IMG/VR virus record: IMGVR_UViG_3300032285_004073
Coordinates: 1 to 64,000 of that record
Strand: one strand, 5' to 3'
From: a virus
Length of the DNA: 64,000 bases
Both the position numbers and the translations under genes were made by a program. The notes under the pieces are model-generated. The model searched no databases. It saw only the letters and a program-made list of their open reading frames with translations, and had not been told where the DNA came from. This document shows positions 43,646 to 54,280 of the stretch, one piece after another; position 1 is the stretch's first letter; every line of letters starts with the position of its first letter.

Positions 43646-45532
43646 ATGGCTAGAAGATCAAAAGACGAAGAAGATGATGATGACAATTTAGAAAATCTTT
43701 CTTTAGATGAAATAGAAAATGATGATATATTAGTAGACGGCAAATATTTTCAGGGTAATGAAAATATTCTTCGTCAAAATGCTACGTTTAAATGGACAGA
43801 AGAAATGATAGCAGAGTTAAAACTCTGTACAAAAAGTATTTTACATTTTGCCGAAGCTCACTTTTTTATTACAACGGAAGAAGGCAAACGCCGTATAGAA
43901 TTGTATAAATATCAAAAAAAATTATTAAAAGCCTTTAAAGCAAATAGATTTAATGTAGTATTATCTAGTCGTCAAAGCGGTAAAACAACCACTATTACCA
44001 TATATGCTTTATGGTTAGTATGCTTTCAAAAAGATAAAAGAGTTACAATTGTAGCTAACAAAGAATCTACAGCTAAAGAAATTTTCGCTAGAATTAAAAT
44101 GGCTTATGAACAATTACCAATTTATCTTAAACCAAACGTTAAGTCTTGGAGAAAAGATGGATTTGTTCTTGGTAATGATTCTGCTATAACCGTTAGTACA
44201 ACATCATCTTCCGGTCCTCGTGGTACTACTAGTAATCTTTTGATTATAGATGAAATGGCTCACTGCCCATCAGAATTGATGAAAGAACTTTGGAGATCCG
44301 CTATTCCTATTATTTCTTCCATGAAGAAATCTCAAATTGTGGTTATTAGTACACCTAATGGAACTGATAATAAATTTTATGAGCTTGTAACTGATGCAGA
44401 AAAGAAGGATAGTGAATGGCATTTAGAAAGAGTAGAGTGGACAGATGTTCCTGGAAGAGACGAGGAATGGAAACGCAGAGAAATAGCCATGATGGGATCC
44501 GAGGAAGATTTCTTGCAAGAATATTGCAATATGTTTATTTTGCCTGGTAAGAGTGTAGTAGATACTTCTTATTTAGACGAATTAAAAGCTCAGGCTAAAG
44601 AACCTGTTTTAGTCAATGATGAAGGTGCATATAAAATATATGATTTGCCTAAACCAGGCAATCTTTATATTATAGGTGTAGACGTAGGAGAAGGTATAGG
44701 AAGATCTAATACTGTTGCACAAATTTTAGATGTAACAGATTTACAAAATATAAACCAGGTAGCGGTTTATGCAACTAGTACTATGTCTCCTTTTCTTTTT
44801 GGAACTAAATTAATGAGTATTCTCAATGATTGGGGACGTCCGCCTATTCTTATAGAGAACAACAATAATGGTCAGCAAGTATTAGATGTTCTTTGTCAAA
44901 CTCATCAATACGAAAACGTAGTATCCTACCAATTTGAAGGTAATAGTAAACATTATGATACTTCTAAAAGATTGGGTATACATAATCATACCAATACAAG
45001 ATATAAAGGTATAACAAATTTTAGATATTGGGTAGATAGTTTAAAAGTTGTTAAATTGAATGATTTAGATACTATTTTAGAACTTTATAATTTTATTAGA
45101 TTACCTAATTTCACCTATAGTAAAAGAAGTGATAAAGATTTGGATGACAGAATATTTGGTTTAATTTGGGCCCTTTTTATATTAGACCCTTCTTTAGTAT
45201 CTAGATATTTTGTATTATCAGAATTAGATGATCAAGGAAGGCCACAAAAAATACAAGCCCTGGTAGACAATAGTGATTATATTAAAAAAAGTCCTCTTTT
45301 AATAGGTGGATCTTATACTTTAGAAAAGAATAAGTATTCAACAAATCTACCTACCTTTATGACTTTTAAACAACAAAATAATCCAGCACTGGAAGACGAA
45401 GCAAGAAATTTGTGGGTGTGGTTACATACTCAAGCCGGAACAGAAAAAGACTTACTTAAAAATTCTTTAACAATAGATAATACTAAAGATAAGTCTTCTA
45501 TAGAGGAATATAGACCTATTATATTATTTTAA
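43646..45532 (+). CDS. Terminase large subunit (gp17)
   Basis: SRQSGKTT Walker A, LIIDEMA Walker B, ISTPNG, FLQEY, IGVDVGEG, DDRIFG. Confidence 0.97.
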   Translation: MARRSKDEEDDDDNLENLSLDEIENDDILVDGKYFQGNENILRQNATFKWTEEMIAELKLCTKSILHFAEAHFFITTEEGKRRIELYKYQKKLLKAFKANRFNVVLSSRQSGKTTTITIYALWLVCFQKDKRVTIVANKESTAKEIFARIKMAYEQLPIYLKPNVKSWRKDGFVLGNDSAITVSTTSSSGPRGTTSNLLIIDEMAHCPSELMKELWRSAIPIISSMKKSQIVVISTPNGTDNKFYELVTDAEKKDSEWHLERVEWTDVPGRDEEWKRREIAMMGSEEDFLQEYCNMFILPGKSVVDTSYLDELKAQAKEPVLVNDEGAYKIYDLPKPGNLYIIGVDVGEGIGRSNTVAQILDVTDLQNINQVAVYATSTMSPFLFGTKLMSILNDWGRPPILIENNNNGQQVLDVLCQTHQYENVVSYQFEGNSKHYDTSKRLGIHNHTNTRYKGITNFRYWVDSLKVVKLNDLDTILELYNFIRLPNFTYSKRSDKDLDDRIFGLIWALFILDPSLVSRYFVLSELDDQGRPQKIQALVDNSDYIKKSPLLIGGSYTLEKNKYSTNLPTFMTFKQQNNPALEDEARNLWVWLHTQAGTEKDLLKNSLTIDNTKDKSSIEEYRPIILF

Positions 45533-45535
45533 TTT

Positions 45536-46135
45536 ATGTTACAGCCCATTTTAAATAGATCTCGTTCTGATAAATTTTTACTAATTTTGGATTTACCACC
45601 AGCATTAAAAGGTAAACAAGACAGTACATTACAGAGCGGTTATAATCCAGATCAAATTCAATTTACAGTTTATGGATCTCCTGTACCTAAAATTACTATA
45701 CCAGAAATAGAAATACCTTTTGGTGGACAATTTATAAAAGTATCTAGTGGATCTAGACCCTCATTCCCATCTTTGGATATCAAATTTTTGATTGACAATG
45801 GATATCAAAATTATTGGACTCTTTGGAATTGGTTAAATCTTTTTAATGATTCTAGAGAAGGCACATCCGATTTAAATGCAAATTTAAATCATCGCGATAA
45901 AAATATTTTTTTAACAAATCCTTTAAGCAAATATACTTCCAATTTTAGCCTTTATGCTTTGGATGAATTTGATAAAAAGATTATTTCTTTTGATTATACT
46001 AATGCCTTTATTACGGGATTGAGCGAAATAAATTATTCCTATCAAGAGCCTTCAGAAATTACCTGTAATGCTACTTTTGTATATAATCAATTACAAGTTA
46101 ATCTCTTGAAAGATGTTAATGTGTCTTCTTGTTAA
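45536..46135 (+). CDS. Tube-fold tail completion protein (gp3/gp19-like)
   Basis: P.ITIP, LDIKFLIDNGYQNY..LWNW, NAFITGLSEINYSY. Confidence 0.7.
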   Translation: MLQPILNRSRSDKFLLILDLPPALKGKQDSTLQSGYNPDQIQFTVYGSPVPKITIPEIEIPFGGQFIKVSSGSRPSFPSLDIKFLIDNGYQNYWTLWNWLNLFNDSREGTSDLNANLNHRDKNIFLTNPLSKYTSNFSLYALDEFDKKIISFDYTNAFITGLSEINYSYQEPSEITCNATFVYNQLQVNLLKDVNVSSC

Positions 46136-47802
46136 TTATGGCTGTAGAAAATCCAGATTTTGTTCATCAAATAAATGGTCAATTTTATCATGTACAAATT
46201 TGGCTTCATAATGATTTGGAAGAATACAAACCTTTTTTAATTCATTTTAGTTATATACAAGAATTAATCATAGAAGAATCTTTAGTAGATTGGCCTAGTA
46301 GAGGTTCTATTACTTTAATAAATGACTTTGAGGTGTTTGAGAGAGGTGCTTTGTCTACGAATTCAAAAAATAAAACAAATAATGGAGGTACAGTAAAAGC
46401 TCCGTATGTTTTTAGGACTGATGGACGCAATAAATTAGGTATTAAAATATACCCTATAAAAGGAGATCCTTTTAACACAGGTGTACCAGATATAGGAGAT
46501 GATTTAACACCTGCCTTATGGGAAATAAGTTTAGATGGTGCTATATATGATATTGAAGATTTGCCTACAAAGAATAATCATCAAAAAAAATTACGCAAAT
46601 TATATTTTCACGATGAACGAAATCAAATTTTAAATGAAAGAAATTTAGAATGGTCTACTTCAAAATACGGACCAAACCAAGGTCAGATAGGGACTACAGA
46701 TATTCAAAGAACAATGCCAGCTAATATGGCTATTCAATCTATATTACATGCGGCTGGCTCTAATAGTTCTAATCCCTTGATACCAGATTTGATGGTGGGA
46801 TATGATTATGATGGTTCTATAGATAAACCTAATGTAAAATTTGCAAATATAGATAATAATAATTGGGATACAGGACCCTCTTCTCCTCAAATTGATGATG
46901 GAGGTTGTAATGTTTTTTATACTTCACCTGCTCATCATTGTGCTAATGATGATATAGCATATATGATGAATAACGCTGTAGGACAAGATGGTAGTCCTGT
47001 GTTTTTAAGCTTTGGTAGATGGTCTGGTGATAAAACTTGGAAATTAATTTCTTTAGGCAAATATTTTCAAAAAGCTAGTGAAAATCAAATTGAAAAATTA
47101 ATATTGGAAGACGGTATGGACGGCTCTACAACGCCTCCATATATTGCTAGGGCACCTAATGATGTAGGAACTGATATTAAAAATTTTCAATCTGGTATTG
47201 CTTCTCGTATCAGAAAATATTTCTTTGCACAAATGTCCCCAGAAGATGATGCTAGAATTAAGAATACACCTATATACAATTATAATTTTGCCAATTCTGA
47301 ATTTAACATTATATTTTCCGGAAAAAGTGATAGTATGAATTTGCCTAATAATAACGGAAATACGGCAGAAGGAGTATTTCAGAATTTAAATAATTTAGCT
47401 AAATCTGGATTATATGGATATCAACAGCCAGGTAGTGGGCAAATTCTTTTAAATTTAAATCAAACCAAACAAAAAGGTTTGATGACAACACCGTATTTTG
47501 AACCACAGACATTTTTTCCAAAAATGAAAACTGGTTTACAAATGACTAGTGATAGTATTTTCTTAAATCAGGCTCTACATTTTAGAGCTCCTGGATTAAC
47601 TTTTAGATCGCCTGGAAAATTTGTCTTCGTTGATAGAACTACCTCTAGTGATAATAATCCCTTCGATGATAGATTTTGTGGACAATGGCTTATTCATAAA
47701 GTAACTCATAGATTTACCCAAGTCTCTTATCATACGGATGTAGTTTGTAATAAAATAGATGCCTTTTCTCAAATTTTTAATTCTTTTGGTTTAAAATTTT
47801 AG
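46129..47802 (+). CDS. Baseplate hub protein (gp27-like)
   Basis: C-terminal PGLTFRSPGKFV..D...GQWLIHKVTH pattern. Confidence 0.65.
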   Translation: MLIMAVENPDFVHQINGQFYHVQIWLHNDLEEYKPFLIHFSYIQELIIEESLVDWPSRGSITLINDFEVFERGALSTNSKNKTNNGGTVKAPYVFRTDGRNKLGIKIYPIKGDPFNTGVPDIGDDLTPALWEISLDGAIYDIEDLPTKNNHQKKLRKLYFHDERNQILNERNLEWSTSKYGPNQGQIGTTDIQRTMPANMAIQSILHAAGSNSSNPLIPDLMVGYDYDGSIDKPNVKFANIDNNNWDTGPSSPQIDDGGCNVFYTSPAHHCANDDIAYMMNNAVGQDGSPVFLSFGRWSGDKTWKLISLGKYFQKASENQIEKLILEDGMDGSTTPPYIARAPNDVGTDIKNFQSGIASRIRKYFFAQMSPEDDARIKNTPIYNYNFANSEFNIIFSGKSDSMNLPNNNGNTAEGVFQNLNNLAKSGLYGYQQPGSGQILLNLNQTKQKGLMTTPYFEPQTFFPKMKTGLQMTSDSIFLNQALHFRAPGLTFRSPGKFVFVDRTTSSDNNPFDDRFCGQWLIHKVTHRFTQVSYHTDVVCNKIDAFSQIFNSFGLKF

Positions 47803-47803
47803 T

Positions 47804-48097
47804 ATGCTCAACAAAAATCATCTCCAGGAACATTTAAATAATTTCGCCAGAACTTCTACTTTTCCTAGTAAAGTACAAATGGCTAAAAATTTAGGTCAGA
47901 GTATTGTAAGAAACGTTCAAAGCGTCGCAGCTGGTAATCCATTAAATGTACCAGATTCATTAGCTCAAAATAGATTATCAATCTGTAATGGTTGTGAATT
48001 TTTTGATAAAATATCTCAACGATGTTCTAAATGTGGATGTAAAATGGCTGTCAAGACTTATTTAAAAGCTGAAAAGTGTCCTATAGGTAAGTGGTAA
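47804..48097 (+). CDS. Cys-rich small protein
   Basis: RLSICNGC...CSKCGC...KCPIGKW. Confidence 0.7.
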   Translation: MLNKNHLQEHLNNFARTSTFPSKVQMAKNLGQSIVRNVQSVAAGNPLNVPDSLAQNRLSICNGCEFFDKISQRCSKCGCKMAVKTYLKAEKCPIGKW

Positions 48098-48680
48098 CAT
48101 AAAAATCTGATATTTCATAAGCAATTTTTTGAATTTCTTTTTTATAATCTTTTAAATTTTCATAGTCTGATGTATGAATTATTTTATCTGCCAATCCTTT
48201 AATAATTTTATTATTATTTAATTCAAAATCATTAGCTGGTTTTAATCCTTCTCTTTCAATATAAAATAAAGTTCCCTTTACTTCATCTTTAAGCCACCAA
48301 ACTTCATCTTTAGGATATTCAATATATCTTATATCTGTAATAATAGATATATTATTCTTCATAAATCCTTTATTAGCGTTTAATTTTTCTATAAAATAGC
48401 GTCCTTTTGTAGTGTTTCTCATCAGTCTTCCATATTCTACAAACAAAGGTCTAAGCATTTTTTTCTCTTTGTCGTTGTGTGTATGAACACATAAACCAGT
48501 TTTAGAAAGAATTAAAGGCTGTAGATCTTTTCGTATACAATCACCTGCAATAGAAAATCTTTTTGCTTCTATATTATGTTTTTGTTTAAAAGCCTTTATA
48601 AGAGCTTCACATAAAGAATCTTTACCTGCTCTTGCATGACCAGACAAACCAATGGGAGGGTAAAATACGCTGTTTGCCAT
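48081..48680 (-). CDS. Deoxynucleoside monophosphate kinase (gp1-like)
   Basis: IGLSGHARAGKD, RPLFVEYG..MR, IITDIRY..E. Confidence 0.85.
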   Translation of the reverse strand: MANSVFYPPIGLSGHARAGKDSLCEALIKAFKQKHNIEAKRFSIAGDCIRKDLQPLILSKTGLCVHTHNDKEKKMLRPLFVEYGRLMRNTTKGRYFIEKLNANKGFMKNNISIITDIRYIEYPKDEVWWLKDEVKGTLFYIEREGLKPANDFELNNNKIIKGLADKIIHTSDYENLKDYKKEIQKIAYEISDFYVTTYL

Positions 48681-50219
48681 AAGTTTTTATATAATATTAT
48701 ATTTATGGCGGCTAATCAAGTCACAACTTTTACGTCTAAAACTCCTTTAAGTCAAGTTATTCAATCTACTGGGCAAAGGGGTAATATAACATTTACTTCT
48801 AATATAGATGCAACTAAGGGAATATTGCATAATTTAGAAATTGCTTCAGGTCTATTAATAGACCCCTCAAAGATAACTGCTTTTAGAAAGATTACTATAG
48901 ATGCTTTTAAAATACATGGAGACAGTAATCAATATGCTGCAGAGTTGGATATTTTAGTAAATGGGCAAAAAGCTTTGGGTCATATTTGGGCAATCGATGC
49001 TACAGATCCTTATATAATAGATAATACTCGATACAAGTCTTTTGTAAAGAGGATGTTTGAAAATCATTTTTTAGAAGAATTACAAAAAGTTACTCCAGCT
49101 GGTCAACGAGGAGAATTGGTTACTGGTGGTTTATTGGGTATACATGCTTTATCAATGAACGGTATGGCATCTAATCCTATTACAGGTCCTAATTTACAAA
49201 ATGATAGTTTATTAGGACAACTTTTAAATGATATACACCCTGGCATGGTAGATGGTATAGAAAATTTCTGTAATATTATTCGTACTAGATCCTATCTTAC
49301 TATGCCTCCTTCTTCCTTTGGAAGTTTACAGACATTTCTTCACAAAGTACAAGGCGCTATTAGTAGTTTTATACAATCTCTTTATGATATATATCATGGA
49401 GTTTTATTATATTTGCAAAGAATTGCTATAGTGATTAATGGTCTTTTGACTGCATTAAATCAATGGGTTTATGAATGGATTAATAAAAATATTCCTTTAG
49501 ATTTAATTTGTGCCATTTTAGGTGCTACACAGGCTATATTAGATGACGTTGCTTTCTTTGCACAATTGTTTGCTGGTGGTGATGGTTTGTTTAATGCTAT
49601 AAATTCTGTACAAACTGTAATCAATTATGCTGCTAAAGGTTTAAGTTTCGCATATAATCCTATTTCTATTTTAAATTTAATTCCAGGAGTTAGTGATGTA
49701 TTTGCGGCTTTAAATCAATTAGAATCAGATCCTCAAGCTTTCATGGGGTCTTTAATTTCTCACTTTGGGTTTTCTAAAGGTTTACAAGGAAGAGCTTTTC
49801 AAATAGCCAATGCCATCCTTTTACATTATGGTTTAGAGAGTCAATTAGGCCCGTTAGGTTCTGTGTTATTAAGTGCAGGAGTAGCTGGAAATAGTAGTCA
49901 ATGGTATAGAACAGGTAATACTGGTATTGGTAATTTTGGTAATATGGCTTATGGCAATGTTACGCCTAATCCAACTTATCTTGATCCGGATAACCCATTA
50001 GGTATTTTAGATATAAACAATAATCAATACTTTAATGCAGTGGGTACAGATCTGAGTAAATTTACAAACAATTTAAATGATATACCCGGAGCAGCAGGTG
50101 CAGCTGCCAATGAATTGAAAACTAATGTTGTAAATCTTTTTAATCCCAACGCTCCACAAACAGTTGCACCAGTGACTCCTACTCCAGTTACCGGTAATAC
50201 AGCTGCTACAGCACAATAA
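48636..50219 (+). CDS. Hypothetical baseplate/virion protein (true start probably MAANQV)
   Basis: Long ORF directly upstream of the gp5-like genes. Confidence 0.6.
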   Translation: MTRQTNGRVKYAVCHKFLYNIIFMAANQVTTFTSKTPLSQVIQSTGQRGNITFTSNIDATKGILHNLEIASGLLIDPSKITAFRKITIDAFKIHGDSNQYAAELDILVNGQKALGHIWAIDATDPYIIDNTRYKSFVKRMFENHFLEELQKVTPAGQRGELVTGGLLGIHALSMNGMASNPITGPNLQNDSLLGQLLNDIHPGMVDGIENFCNIIRTRSYLTMPPSSFGSLQTFLHKVQGAISSFIQSLYDIYHGVLLYLQRIAIVINGLLTALNQWVYEWINKNIPLDLICAILGATQAILDDVAFFAQLFAGGDGLFNAINSVQTVINYAAKGLSFAYNPISILNLIPGVSDVFAALNQLESDPQAFMGSLISHFGFSKGLQGRAFQIANAILLHYGLESQLGPLGSVLLSAGVAGNSSQWYRTGNTGIGNFGNMAYGNVTPNPTYLDPDNPLGILDINNNQYFNAVGTDLSKFTNNLNDIPGAAGAAANELKTNVVNLFNPNAPQTVAPVTPTPVTGNTAATAQ

Positions 50220-50225
50220 TCTATC

Positions 50226-51323
50226 ATGGAAAAAGTATACGGAATACATTTAGGACTTGTTATAAGTGATACTCAAGATCCTAATGGTAAAAATGGGTGT
50301 CAAATATTTTTCCCTCATTTATCCAATGCTATGTTATCTCTTTTAAATGAAAAATCAACAGATTTAAAATTTAAAGATCCTAAAGATTTATACAGCAAAG
50401 ATCCTACTTTTATAGACCATTTAAAAACTGTTCTACCTTGGGCTGAATGTGCCGCACCTATATTTGGAGGTTCTAGTGGTCTTTGGAATTCATCTACTTC
50501 CCAAACAGCTATTAATAGTGGATCTACTGTGTCTCCGTATAATAATGCTGATGTCACAAAACAATATCCCAATAGCAGTAATAATATGAATTTGGACGGA
50601 ACCAAACCAGCAACTGCTTCACCAGTTTCTGGCTCATCCAGAACATTAACCGCTACAAAATATAGCTTTGGTCCATCTGTAGGTGGTCCTGATACATCTG
50701 GAAGTGATGATACAAATACAAATAAAGGTATAGGCGCTATAGGAGAACAAAAAATAATTTTAGGTCCGGGAGCTGCCGCGTCTAATGAATATCCTTTGGG
50801 TACGGTTTTATTAAATGCTAGCACTGGTGAAAAAATGGTAGTTGTTGACAGACCACGAAGTGATATAAAAGGTACTGTAGATGTTTGGCAAGATCCTTCA
50901 CTTTACAACAATGCTCCAACAGGACCATCAGATTTCCAAGTAGTGGGAAATGTTGACACCGCAAAATTATCTGATAATGCTAGTTTACAAGCTGCTATAG
51001 CTGATTTGCCTGGTAAAATAGTCGCTGGCGAGAGTGCCTCTTATTGGTTGAATCAAGGTACTGCTGCTATAGCAAGTGCTTCTGGAAGTGGATTTGCCCC
51101 TTCAACGGAATCAAAAAATGCAAAAATGGTTATGATTCCTGATAGATCAAGAGCATTAGCCAAAGCATCTAATATAGGATTGCCAGGATCCCCTGTAGGA
51201 ACCTTTTCCACACCTAATGCTGGTTCTAAAGTTTGGGCGTTCTTTTTAGGAGGAGATGTTCAAAGACCAGTTTATTTCGCTCAAGCAGTCAATAGTAGTG
51301 ATATCGCTGCGTTAAATACTTAA
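50226..51323 (+). CDS. gp5 N-terminal OB-fold protein with an inserted 3D/DPBB-like muralytic domain
   Basis: G.V...QDP, LPWAECAAP.FGG ... GTFSTPNAGSKVWAFFLGGDVQRPVY; internal TATKY...YPLGT...VVDRP..IKGTVDVW. Confidence 0.75.
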   Translation: MEKVYGIHLGLVISDTQDPNGKNGCQIFFPHLSNAMLSLLNEKSTDLKFKDPKDLYSKDPTFIDHLKTVLPWAECAAPIFGGSSGLWNSSTSQTAINSGSTVSPYNNADVTKQYPNSSNNMNLDGTKPATASPVSGSSRTLTATKYSFGPSVGGPDTSGSDDTNTNKGIGAIGEQKIILGPGAAASNEYPLGTVLLNASTGEKMVVVDRPRSDIKGTVDVWQDPSLYNNAPTGPSDFQVVGNVDTAKLSDNASLQAAIADLPGKIVAGESASYWLNQGTAAIASASGSGFAPSTESKNAKMVMIPDRSRALAKASNIGLPGSPVGTFSTPNAGSKVWAFFLGGDVQRPVYFAQAVNSSDIAALNT

Positions 51324-51327
51324 TAAT

Positions 51328-53367
51328 ATGCCCAAATCCATAGAAACAACAGAAAATCAAGAAACCATTACGCATAGCATTAATGCTCGTTATAGTGGTA
51401 TACAATTTGTGGATAGTAAACAAAAAGATCCAAACGGATCTCAAACACCAAAAGATAAATCATTTACTATTTGGCAAAATTCTTGGGGTTCTTTTATAAG
51501 ACAGCAAGCTGGTAATATTATAGGTAGAGCTTTGGGTAATGTTAGTTTAGATGCTGGAGATGAAATACATATATCCGGTCATAAAAAACAAGAAGTAATA
51601 ACTGATGGTGCTGCTATTTTTATTAAAGGCACCTCTGTCAACAATCACGGTGATAACACAGACGAGCAAAAAGCTCTAATGCAACAATATAAAGATCATA
51701 TGGACGCCGTGTCTGAAGCTTCTAAAAAAGCTATTAAATCCACTCCAGCTGAGAAAACACAATGTCCTAATTGTGCTCAGCAACATTTAGTGGATGATAA
51801 AAGTGATCCTTGGACTGTTATTTTAAGAAGAGTAAAAGATTTAATCGGTAATATTCCTTTTTATGCTTTGCCGTTTAAAACCATACAATGGTTAATACAA
51901 AATGTATATTGTGCATTATTGGGTGTTAAAAGTAATAACTCTTTAGCAAAAAATAATTCTTGCGGACCTGGATGTGTTAACGGACAAAAAGACGGTATGT
52001 CTGCTAAATTACAAGCTGGTGCATCTGCTGCTAGTACAGAATTAGCACAAAGAAGTGATGATTTAAAACGTATAGAACAATTATTAGGAGATACTTCTGT
52101 CAAGGTAGAACCTCATGTTCATGGGTATATGGGTGTTTATGGTAATCCTACAGTTCCAAAACATAGTCCATATATAACCATGGATAGCCATCATTCTATA
52201 CCTACTAATTTAAGAGTATCAGATGTCTTAAGAAATAAACTATATGTGACTACAGAAGGCAATCCTAAGCAAGTAGTTTATCAACCACCTCCACATCTCC
52301 CTTTTGGTAATTTAACTTTTAACGTAGAAAATAAATTTTCTCTCACTGCTGGAAACGCTGGAGCGGATATTCTTTCTACCGGAGAAGTAACCATAAGAGC
52401 TGGTTCAGTCCATATTAATGGTTCTCAAGGAGAAGTATCTCTTACTAGTGGCAATCTTACTACTATTGGAGGAAAAATGGTTTATATATCAGCGGATGAT
52501 GGTTCTGGAGATTCTGGTGTTTGTATTGATTCAAAATATACCTATGCTCGAGGAGCCTTTAATGTTAATGGTGATGCTAGTTTCAATGGTCATGTGACTA
52601 TTGACGGAGGTTTGACCTGTACACATTTTACATATCCTACCATGGCTGTGCCTACAGATTTAGCATCAACATCTAAATGGGCATCCGAAGGTGCAAATTG
52701 GCAATTTTTTGGAGCAGCTTTGAATATGTCAAATTTTGCTAAAGATCTTGTATTAAAGTATGGTGTAGGTTTGTTATTGGAAACTGAAGCAGGGTTGCTT
52801 AGTTTGGCTATGGAAATGTTTAATATAATAATGATGGACACGGTGGTAGAAATATTACCTACTGGTTTTGCTATAGGAATTTGTCCAGTTGGTCCAGTTT
52901 TTTGTGTACCTCCTGTGGGCGGTGTTTGGAATTGGAGACATAATCACACTCTTGCAGGTCATGATCATGATCATGAATATGATGCACCGGCTGGAATTAT
53001 GCACACTGAACATTTAGGTGTTGGTAATCATAGAGTAGCTGGTAACCCTGCACCTACTCCTGCACCTACTGCTACACAATATCCTAGACCCGGACCCAAG
53101 GCTTGGTCTGGTGGTTGTGGTGGAGGTGGACTCTTTGCTAAGATTCGTAATCAAAGATATGGAATCAATTCTGAGGATGCCTATAACGGAACTAATACAG
53201 TACAAACAACAACCAAGAGAAATTCAGATGGTTCTATTTATCCATTCCCAATTTCAACGTGGACCCTCAATAATTTACCATCAGGTGGCAGTATTGATCC
53301 AAACACTGGTTACTTTACACCGGCTCAAACATTATCTGGTGTAGATTGTACTCCGATTGAAAGTTAA
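51328..53367 (+). CDS. gp5 C-terminal beta-helix/spike-like protein
   Basis: G/I/T-rich short beta repeats; HNH and HDHDH near the C-terminus. Confidence 0.6.
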   Translation: MPKSIETTENQETITHSINARYSGIQFVDSKQKDPNGSQTPKDKSFTIWQNSWGSFIRQQAGNIIGRALGNVSLDAGDEIHISGHKKQEVITDGAAIFIKGTSVNNHGDNTDEQKALMQQYKDHMDAVSEASKKAIKSTPAEKTQCPNCAQQHLVDDKSDPWTVILRRVKDLIGNIPFYALPFKTIQWLIQNVYCALLGVKSNNSLAKNNSCGPGCVNGQKDGMSAKLQAGASAASTELAQRSDDLKRIEQLLGDTSVKVEPHVHGYMGVYGNPTVPKHSPYITMDSHHSIPTNLRVSDVLRNKLYVTTEGNPKQVVYQPPPHLPFGNLTFNVENKFSLTAGNAGADILSTGEVTIRAGSVHINGSQGEVSLTSGNLTTIGGKMVYISADDGSGDSGVCIDSKYTYARGAFNVNGDASFNGHVTIDGGLTCTHFTYPTMAVPTDLASTSKWASEGANWQFFGAALNMSNFAKDLVLKYGVGLLLETEAGLLSLAMEMFNIIMMDTVVEILPTGFAIGICPVGPVFCVPPVGGVWNWRHNHTLAGHDHDHEYDAPAGIMHTEHLGVGNHRVAGNPAPTPAPTATQYPRPGPKAWSGGCGGGGLFAKIRNQRYGINSEDAYNGTNTVQTTTKRNSDGSIYPFPISTWTLNNLPSGGSIDPNTGYFTPAQTLSGVDCTPIES

Positions 53368-54272
53368 AGTACTTTTGTGCTAGGTAAAATAACATTAGTT
53401 GTTTCACTAGTATTATTTTCAACTGGCAAATATTTAGACAAAAAGGAATAATTTGATAAAGGCTCTATTAAAGACGATGACAAATAATCTATTGATTTAG
53501 GATCCAAAGTTACTGAAGTAGGGGGAGAAACTAATTCACCCGGATTGGCATAATTTAAAATTGGCGATGTCATTGCTGTTATCATATTCATTGAAATTGA
53601 AGTCAATGAAACACCGGCTGTAGTATCTCCGGGCATGGTAAAAGGTGTTAATGATACGCCTAGTTGTGATGAAATATAATCTGCTTGATCATAATAATAT
53701 TTTATACTGACATCATTTTCATTTGTCTTTGTTAAATTAACAATAAACATATAACTCTGCGGCAGCACTAATAACTGAACAGTCCATCCAGAATATTTTA
53801 TTTTTAAAAAATTTAAAAAATCATTTGCATGTGTCTGTAAAGAAGATTGATATAGTTTATATATTCTATCAACAACCTCGCCTGATTCTATCCTTGCTGT
53901 ATTTGTAACATTAGCACAATTTGTTGTAGCCTTTATAATAGGCACACCCTCAGCATCACAAATATAATCATTTATTATTTGACAACCCCCTGCATCTGCA
54001 ATTTCTCTTCTTGCTTGTAATCTAGGAATAAATTCTGTATAAATAGCCGATAAAACAGAACCTAAAGAAAATCTACCATCTGTAATATTATTAAATACTG
54101 CTGGATCAAATTTTAATTGATCTAAAGATTTTTGTGAAAGTGATCCATCTCCTTTAATCTTTCCTTCAAATGTCGGATCTAAAGAAGCTGCAGCTAAATC
54201 CGCAATAAATTGCTTACCATCATAATAAAGTTTATCAGCTGTTAAAGAAGGCCAGGACGTATAAATTGACAT
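53364..54272 (-). CDS. Hypothetical protein
   Basis: 302-aa ORF. Confidence 0.65.
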   Translation of the reverse strand: MSIYTSWPSLTADKLYYDGKQFIADLAAASLDPTFEGKIKGDGSLSQKSLDQLKFDPAVFNNITDGRFSLGSVLSAIYTEFIPRLQARREIADAGGCQIINDYICDAEGVPIIKATTNCANVTNTARIESGEVVDRIYKLYQSSLQTHANDFLNFLKIKYSGWTVQLLVLPQSYMFIVNLTKTNENDVSIKYYYDQADYISSQLGVSLTPFTMPGDTTAGVSLTSISMNMITAMTSPILNYANPGELVSPPTSVTLDPKSIDYLSSSLIEPLSNYSFLSKYLPVENNTSETTNVILPSTKVL

Positions 54273-54280
54273 ATATTTAA

